Shown here in pieces: positions 59,748-64,000 of a DNA stretch of 64,000 nt. The stretch lies in the NCBI GenBank assembly GCA_965216565.1, contig OZ244170.1:1824001-1888000 (forward strand), written 5' to 3'. Position 1 is the first letter of the stretch; each line of letters begins with the position of its first letter. Both the position numbers and the translations under genes were made by a program. The stretch comes from Bythopirellula sp. (GTDB lineage: Bacteria > Planctomycetota > Planctomycetia > Pirellulales > Lacipirellulaceae). Under the pieces are notes generated by a model. That model worked only from the letters and a program-made list of their open reading frames with translations. It did not search any database and had not been told where the DNA came from.

Positions 59748-60845
59748 ATGGAACCAATTAGACCCAGTCTGATGCCAAAACACGCTCATCTCAGGAGAAC
59801 CCTGGCGGGTTTTATTCTGGATGGGACTTGGTCCGACGGCGAACGAGTGCCGTCTGAGACCCAGCTCTCGAAGAAGTTTGGTGTCTCTCGCACTACAGTC
59901 ATTCGAGCTCTGCGCGATATGGAGCGAGATGGGCTCGTCTCGCGTCGCCAGGGATCTGGAACCTACGTTCGAAACGGGCTAACAGGGCAAAGTTCGATTG
60001 GGGTGTTGATTCCCGGGTTAGCGCCAGACGACATTTTCCTTTCTGTCCAAAGACACATCTTCAGGGAGAGCAGTCGTTTTAACTGGCAAGTCCTGAATGG
60101 AGAGGTACTCCTTCCCGGAGACACCGACGCAGCGGGACACGCACCGGTCGAGGCTGCGAAAAAACTTGTTCAGACTGGAATCTGCGGCGTTGTGCTGGTG
60201 CCGCATCATGTGCAAGAAGAAACTGAAAGGTGCAACGAAGCGGTCCTCAATGTGTTTCGCAGTGCCAAGTTGCCAGTAGTCTTGCTCGATCGGGACATCT
60301 ACGAAGCACCACATCGAAGTCCTCACGATCTAGTGAGTCTCGACAATAGTCGTGCTGGTTTCGAGTTGGCTTATCATCTCATGTCTCGTGACCGTGCACG
60401 GTTTGTCTATGTAGGCGATCCTCACGTCTATCCAAGTACGCACGCGCGACTTAGTGGTGTGAGAAAAGCGCTTTCGCTTGAGGGTATTTCGCTAGCCGAT
60501 AAGTGCGTACTCCCAGGTTCCGAAGAAGGATATACAGCTGTCATTGAAAAGATCCGGACAGATAAAATTGATGCGGTGATTTGCAATTCTGACCACGATG
60601 CCGCGTTAGTGATGAGGAAATGCCTTGAGGCGGGATTCGAGATTCCAAAGCAAGTGGCGATCGCCGGTTTTGACGATCAACCGATTGCTAAACTGTTAAA
60701 TATTCCTTTAACGACAGTAGCCCAACCAGCACAGGGACTGGCAGTTCGGGTCATTTCAACTTTACGAGATCGCATCGAGTACCCAGATCTTCCGCCGACT
60801 ACGGTGCGAATCCAGGGAGAATTGATCGTCCGCGAGTCCACTTAA
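59748..60845 (+). CDS. GntR-HTH plus LacI-type sensor regulator (AraR-like architecture)
   Basis: PSETQLSKKFGVSRTTVIRAL..RRQGSGTYV; AIAGFDD and PLTTVAQP. The ORF is open from 59685. Confidence 0.92.
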   Translation: MEPIRPSLMPKHAHLRRTLAGFILDGTWSDGERVPSETQLSKKFGVSRTTVIRALRDMERDGLVSRRQGSGTYVRNGLTGQSSIGVLIPGLAPDDIFLSVQRHIFRESSRFNWQVLNGEVLLPGDTDAAGHAPVEAAKKLVQTGICGVVLVPHHVQEETERCNEAVLNVFRSAKLPVVLLDRDIYEAPHRSPHDLVSLDNSRAGFELAYHLMSRDRARFVYVGDPHVYPSTHARLSGVRKALSLEGISLADKCVLPGSEEGYTAVIEKIRTDKIDAVICNSDHDAALVMRKCLEAGFEIPKQVAIAGFDDQPIAKLLNIPLTTVAQPAQGLAVRVISTLRDRIEYPDLPPTTVRIQGELIVREST

Positions 60846-60853
60846 GCTGACGG

Positions 60854-62008
60854 ATGCGAATTTCAAGCAAGAACGGATTTGGTTGGATGATTACGGATTT
60901 TAAGGATCGCATTCTCTCTCTGGTTGCGGCTCTTACAGTCTTTGTCTGTGCTTGCGTCAGTTCGGCCTATTCTCAACTGCCCGCTGGATTCGAGAATCTG
61001 CGCCTGAATGAAATCCAGGTGATTGGGAGCCACAACAGCTTCAAAGCTGCCATCGATCCGGTGCTCTTCGAGGCGATGTCAAGAGTTGTACCGGCATCTC
61101 GAGAACTGAATTACGCTCATCCACCGCTTACTGATCAGCTAAATCTCGGTTTGCTAAACCTAGAGCTGGATATTTACCACGATCCGAACGGCGGACTCTT
61201 CGCAGAACCATTGGGTTTGGCGATGGTTCGTGAATCTGGAAAGTCGCCTCAACCCTACGATCCGCAAGGAGAAATGCGGAAACCAGGATTCAAGGTGCTT
61301 CACGTCCCGGACATCGATTTTCGCTCAAACTGTTTGACCCTTTCCCACGCGCTTCGTGAACTTCGCGAGTGGTCTGAGGCAAACAGCAACCATCTTCCAG
61401 TGGTTATTACCGTCAATCTGTCGGACACCCCGATTCCCTTGCCGGGAAGCGTAAATCCGATTCGCTTTGATGAAGCAGCGCTCGAGGCACTGGATAGTCA
61501 ATTGCTCCGAGAATTGGGAGCAATGAAACTAATTATCCCTGATCAAGTGCGCGGTGATAAAGAAGATTTGGAATCGGCGATACTTCAAGACGGTTGGCCT
61601 AAGATTACGGAACTCACGGGGCGATTCATGTTCGTCCTAGACGATTTCGGACGGAAGCGCGACCTGTATGTGTCCGATCACCCGGGACTCCGCAATAGAG
61701 TTTTGTTTGTGAACAGTAGTCCCGGCAATCCCTACGCCGCCGTGATGATTCGCAACAATGCCCTCATTGAAAGCGAAGCCATTACGGACTTAGTGAATAG
61801 TGGCTATCTAGTCCGCACTCGGGCAGATTCAGGCACGCATGAAGCGAAATCCGGTGACTACTCCCGCTTTGAAGCTGCTAAGAAAAGCGGCGCCCAGATA
61901 ATTTCTACTGACTTCTATCTTGCCGATTGGCGCTTGAATCCTGGCTATCGTGTCCGCTTCGAGAAAGGAAAGTGTTTTCGGATCAATCCGGTTACCGGTG
62001 ACCGTTAG
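60854..62008 (+). CDS. Secreted Ca2+-dependent phosphoinositide-specific phospholipase C family protein
   Basis: IQVIGSHNSF, LNYAH, LELDIY, FKVLHVPDIDFRSNC, VRTRAD and GAQIISTD. Confidence 0.85.
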   Translation: MRISSKNGFGWMITDFKDRILSLVAALTVFVCACVSSAYSQLPAGFENLRLNEIQVIGSHNSFKAAIDPVLFEAMSRVVPASRELNYAHPPLTDQLNLGLLNLELDIYHDPNGGLFAEPLGLAMVRESGKSPQPYDPQGEMRKPGFKVLHVPDIDFRSNCLTLSHALRELREWSEANSNHLPVVITVNLSDTPIPLPGSVNPIRFDEAALEALDSQLLRELGAMKLIIPDQVRGDKEDLESAILQDGWPKITELTGRFMFVLDDFGRKRDLYVSDHPGLRNRVLFVNSSPGNPYAAVMIRNNALIESEAITDLVNSGYLVRTRADSGTHEAKSGDYSRFEAAKKSGAQIISTDFYLADWRLNPGYRVRFEKGKCFRINPVTGDR

Positions 62009-62045
62009 TCTTACTGATTGTGCGTCTGACCCAATCTTCGATCGA

Positions 62046-63077
62046 TTAGTGACAAGAATTCGCTCTCAATCTCGGCGTTAGCAACAAGACTCCTACGACT
62101 AGCAGGCAAATACTTGTTGGCTCCGGCACGCTGGATAAGCCACTCGCAAGAGGTCCTGGCGATGCATAGTGCGTTTCCCACTCGGTCAGGTCGTCCATGC
62201 TGAGGGCGTTGGGAGAATTCCCGGTCTGCCACTCTAGAAAATCCAACCCATCGACGCGGCCATTCGTATCGAAGTCGCCGAACAGGGCATGTGAAAACAT
62301 CCAGTCGTAGACAGCCGGTGTGTTGTAGACAGGCCCCCAAATAAAGTGATTCCCGGTTGGGAACTCCGTGTACTTCAACGGTATTTCAGTACTCTCGTAT
62401 TCGAGTAGCGTCGTCGTATCGCCATCGGAAGGGTAAGAAGGAGAAGGCTCCCCTGCCGAGGAGAGAATGCTATTAACAACGCCTCGAGTCACGTTCTTAG
62501 AGACAATTCCATCATCACGAGCATGAAACGCCCACGTCGGTATCGTTGAAAGAGTCTGGGGATCAAAATCACCCGCCGGTGAAACGCCAGCGATAGGAAC
62601 CGTGGCGGCAATTCTATTGGGATACCGACTTGCAATACTCCAGGTGCCGCCCCCACCCATCGATAAGCCGGTCACATAGAACCGCGTTTGATCTGCATTC
62701 TGTGTCGCGAGCAGTTGATCGATCATCGACATGACGTTGGTGGTCCGCGTCACGTTGTTCCAATTGAAGATGCCCCCTACTACGGTGGTCGCTTGCGGTG
62801 CATAGAGAAATGCTCCCCGGTCCTTTGCTGCAGTCAGCAGATTGTCGATGTTGCCGTTTATTTGAGCTAGATTGTCGCTACCAGACTCTCCAGCACCATG
62901 CAGAAATAAGATCACAGGTCGCGCAGAATCACTTGCTTCGGGAGGGACGTAAAGCCTTCCCGGCAAATCGACCTGGCTAAAGTCGATAAACTCATTCGGA
63001 TCTGCCGCAAACGCTGAGCCGCAGAGGAGCACATTTGCGAATATCAGTATGGAGTATTTGCTTGAAAGCATACGCAT
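62046..63077 (-). CDS. Alpha/beta-hydrolase (esterase/peptidase-like) with short dockerin-like module and PEP-CTERM
   Basis: LFLHGAGESG, GLSMGG, WAFHARDD and GNHFIW; VPEPT tail. Confidence 0.87.
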   Translation of the reverse strand: MRMLSSKYSILIFANVLLCGSAFAADPNEFIDFSQVDLPGRLYVPPEASDSARPVILFLHGAGESGSDNLAQINGNIDNLLTAAKDRGAFLYAPQATTVVGGIFNWNNVTRTTNVMSMIDQLLATQNADQTRFYVTGLSMGGGGTWSIASRYPNRIAATVPIAGVSPAGDFDPQTLSTIPTWAFHARDDGIVSKNVTRGVVNSILSSAGEPSPSYPSDGDTTTLLEYESTEIPLKYTEFPTGNHFIWGPVYNTPAVYDWMFSHALFGDFDTNGRVDGLDFLEWQTGNSPNALSMDDLTEWETHYASPGPLASGLSSVPEPTSICLLVVGVLLLTPRLRANSCH

Positions 63078-63463
63078 CAATCAGAGTCCTCAGATTACAC
63101 ACTCTAATCACCAGACGGATAACTAGACAGCAATTTCATTTAAGAGTTCGACAGGCTATCACAATCTTGCTGGGACGCACCCATGGAGATTCTCAACAGA
63201 CTAGTATACCAAATGCTAATAACAACCAGGCCTGGCAATTGTAATTCACCCAAACAAGCTCCCCGCTTCACCACGGTTGCTGGTTCACTAATGGCAGAGG
63301 AAGTCGACTTGGGTTCCCCGCCGAACCTTTCACCTAGCGAACCGATAGAGCACGAGCGGTACCGCTCGTACTCGCCCAGACATTTCGGCGACGTATGTGC
63401 TTAAGAACTCTACTTGTCAGTAAATCCCCACCGCAGATCAACGTGGTCGTAGACCGAACAGAA

Positions 63464-64000
63464 TCAAGAAAATAGGCGGCGTCGGCAAGGAAATGATACG
63501 AGAGCCACCACCAGATAGTAGGCCGAGACAGGTTCCGGAACCACAACTTGGGTAGCGAGCACAGGAGTTTGTGTTCCATAGGCAGCCTCCCAATCGCTCA
63601 ATTCCGAACCGCTCCAGGGGTCGGATGAGCGCGTCTGCTGCCACTCTAAGAAGTCAAGGCCATCGACATCGCTGTCCCGGTTGAAATCCCCCCCCAGGCT
63701 GGGCAGGTGTGCTAGTGGCAGTTCTTTCAGGAAGTAGCCCATAGAACGCAGGTGCTCCAAGTGTGCATCCCCGTCCGCTCCAGTAGCTCCCCACAATTGA
63801 AACTGGCCACTCTTGGCGTGACGGTAGATATCGAGCGTGCCCAGGCCATCAATCGAAACAGAGTTGGCCGCTATCCCTAGATGTTGCATCAGCTCGTCGC
63901 CAGTCTCCTTGGTGTTCTCATAGGTGAAGGTCAATACTTGCGAATGGCTGAAGAGAAAGGTCTTTAGGCCTGCTTGTGCCTGGCTGGCAAAATTTTTGTA
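63464..64000 (-). CDS. C-terminal part of a PEP-CTERM protein; the 5' end lies outside the window
   Basis: The frame stays open to position 64000. GDFNRDSDVDGLDFLEWQ and VPEPVS tail. Confidence 0.8.
   Translation of the reverse strand, partial: YKNFASQAQAGLKTFLFSHSQVLTFTYENTKETGDELMQHLGIAANSVSIDGLGTLDIYRHAKSGQFQLWGATGADGDAHLEHLRSMGYFLKELPLAHLPSLGGDFNRDSDVDGLDFLEWQQTRSSDPWSGSELSDWEAAYGTQTPVLATQVVVPEPVSAYYLVVALVSFPCRRRLFS

Noticed and set aside
264..63644. Numerous 60-190 aa antisense or alternate-frame ORFs in the track
   Set aside because: They overlap well-supported genes and have no recognisable motifs.
14190..63690. A true cellulosome
   Set aside because: No cohesin or scaffoldin is recognisable, and most module-bearing proteins have their own PEP-CTERM anchor.

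Overview
This 64-kb window looks like planctomycete DNA, probably Lacipirellulaceae/Bythopirellula-like. That call is inferred from two DUF1559 pilin-like genes, a LEPR-xLL protein and 15 PEP-CTERM proteins, nine of which carry a paired EF-hand 'dockerin-like' module. It is almost entirely devoted to carbohydrate foraging. From left to right: (1) a PEP-CTERM S1 protease, a decayed PEP-CTERM gene and a degenerate tRNA 3'-half that looks like an att scar (0.3-2.9 kb); (2) an L-rhamnose operon (rhaEW-type aldolase/SDR fusion, rhaB, rhaA, an NCS1 permease and a small membrane protein), with a divergent DeoR regulator and an mqo-family gene; (3) tRNA-Leu(CAA) and a Tat-exported ADP-ribosylglycohydrolase-family gene; (4) a beta-mannan utilisation locus (GH26, GH113, GH5, GH130, SSS, LacI) with five visible copies of a palindromic operator candidate; (5) tRNA-Met(CAT); (6) a ~28-kb minus-strand alpha-mannoside locus (GH92, two GxGYxYP proteins, SSS, Gfo/Idh/MocA, PQQ-type dehydrogenase, SGNH esterase) containing 13 copies of one ~165-aa discoidin-like domain, with a divergent GntR/LacI regulator and a PI-PLC. 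The most notable pattern is that the two glycan loci, whose surface binding domains are unrelated, begin with the same cassette: regulator, small tandem-binding-domain PEP-CTERM protein, stem-loop, larger PEP-CTERM protein, DUF1559 pilin-like protein, lipoprotein, then enzymes. This suggests a SusC/D-free planctomycete PUL capture module. All family assignments come from motif recognition by eye; no database searches were run.
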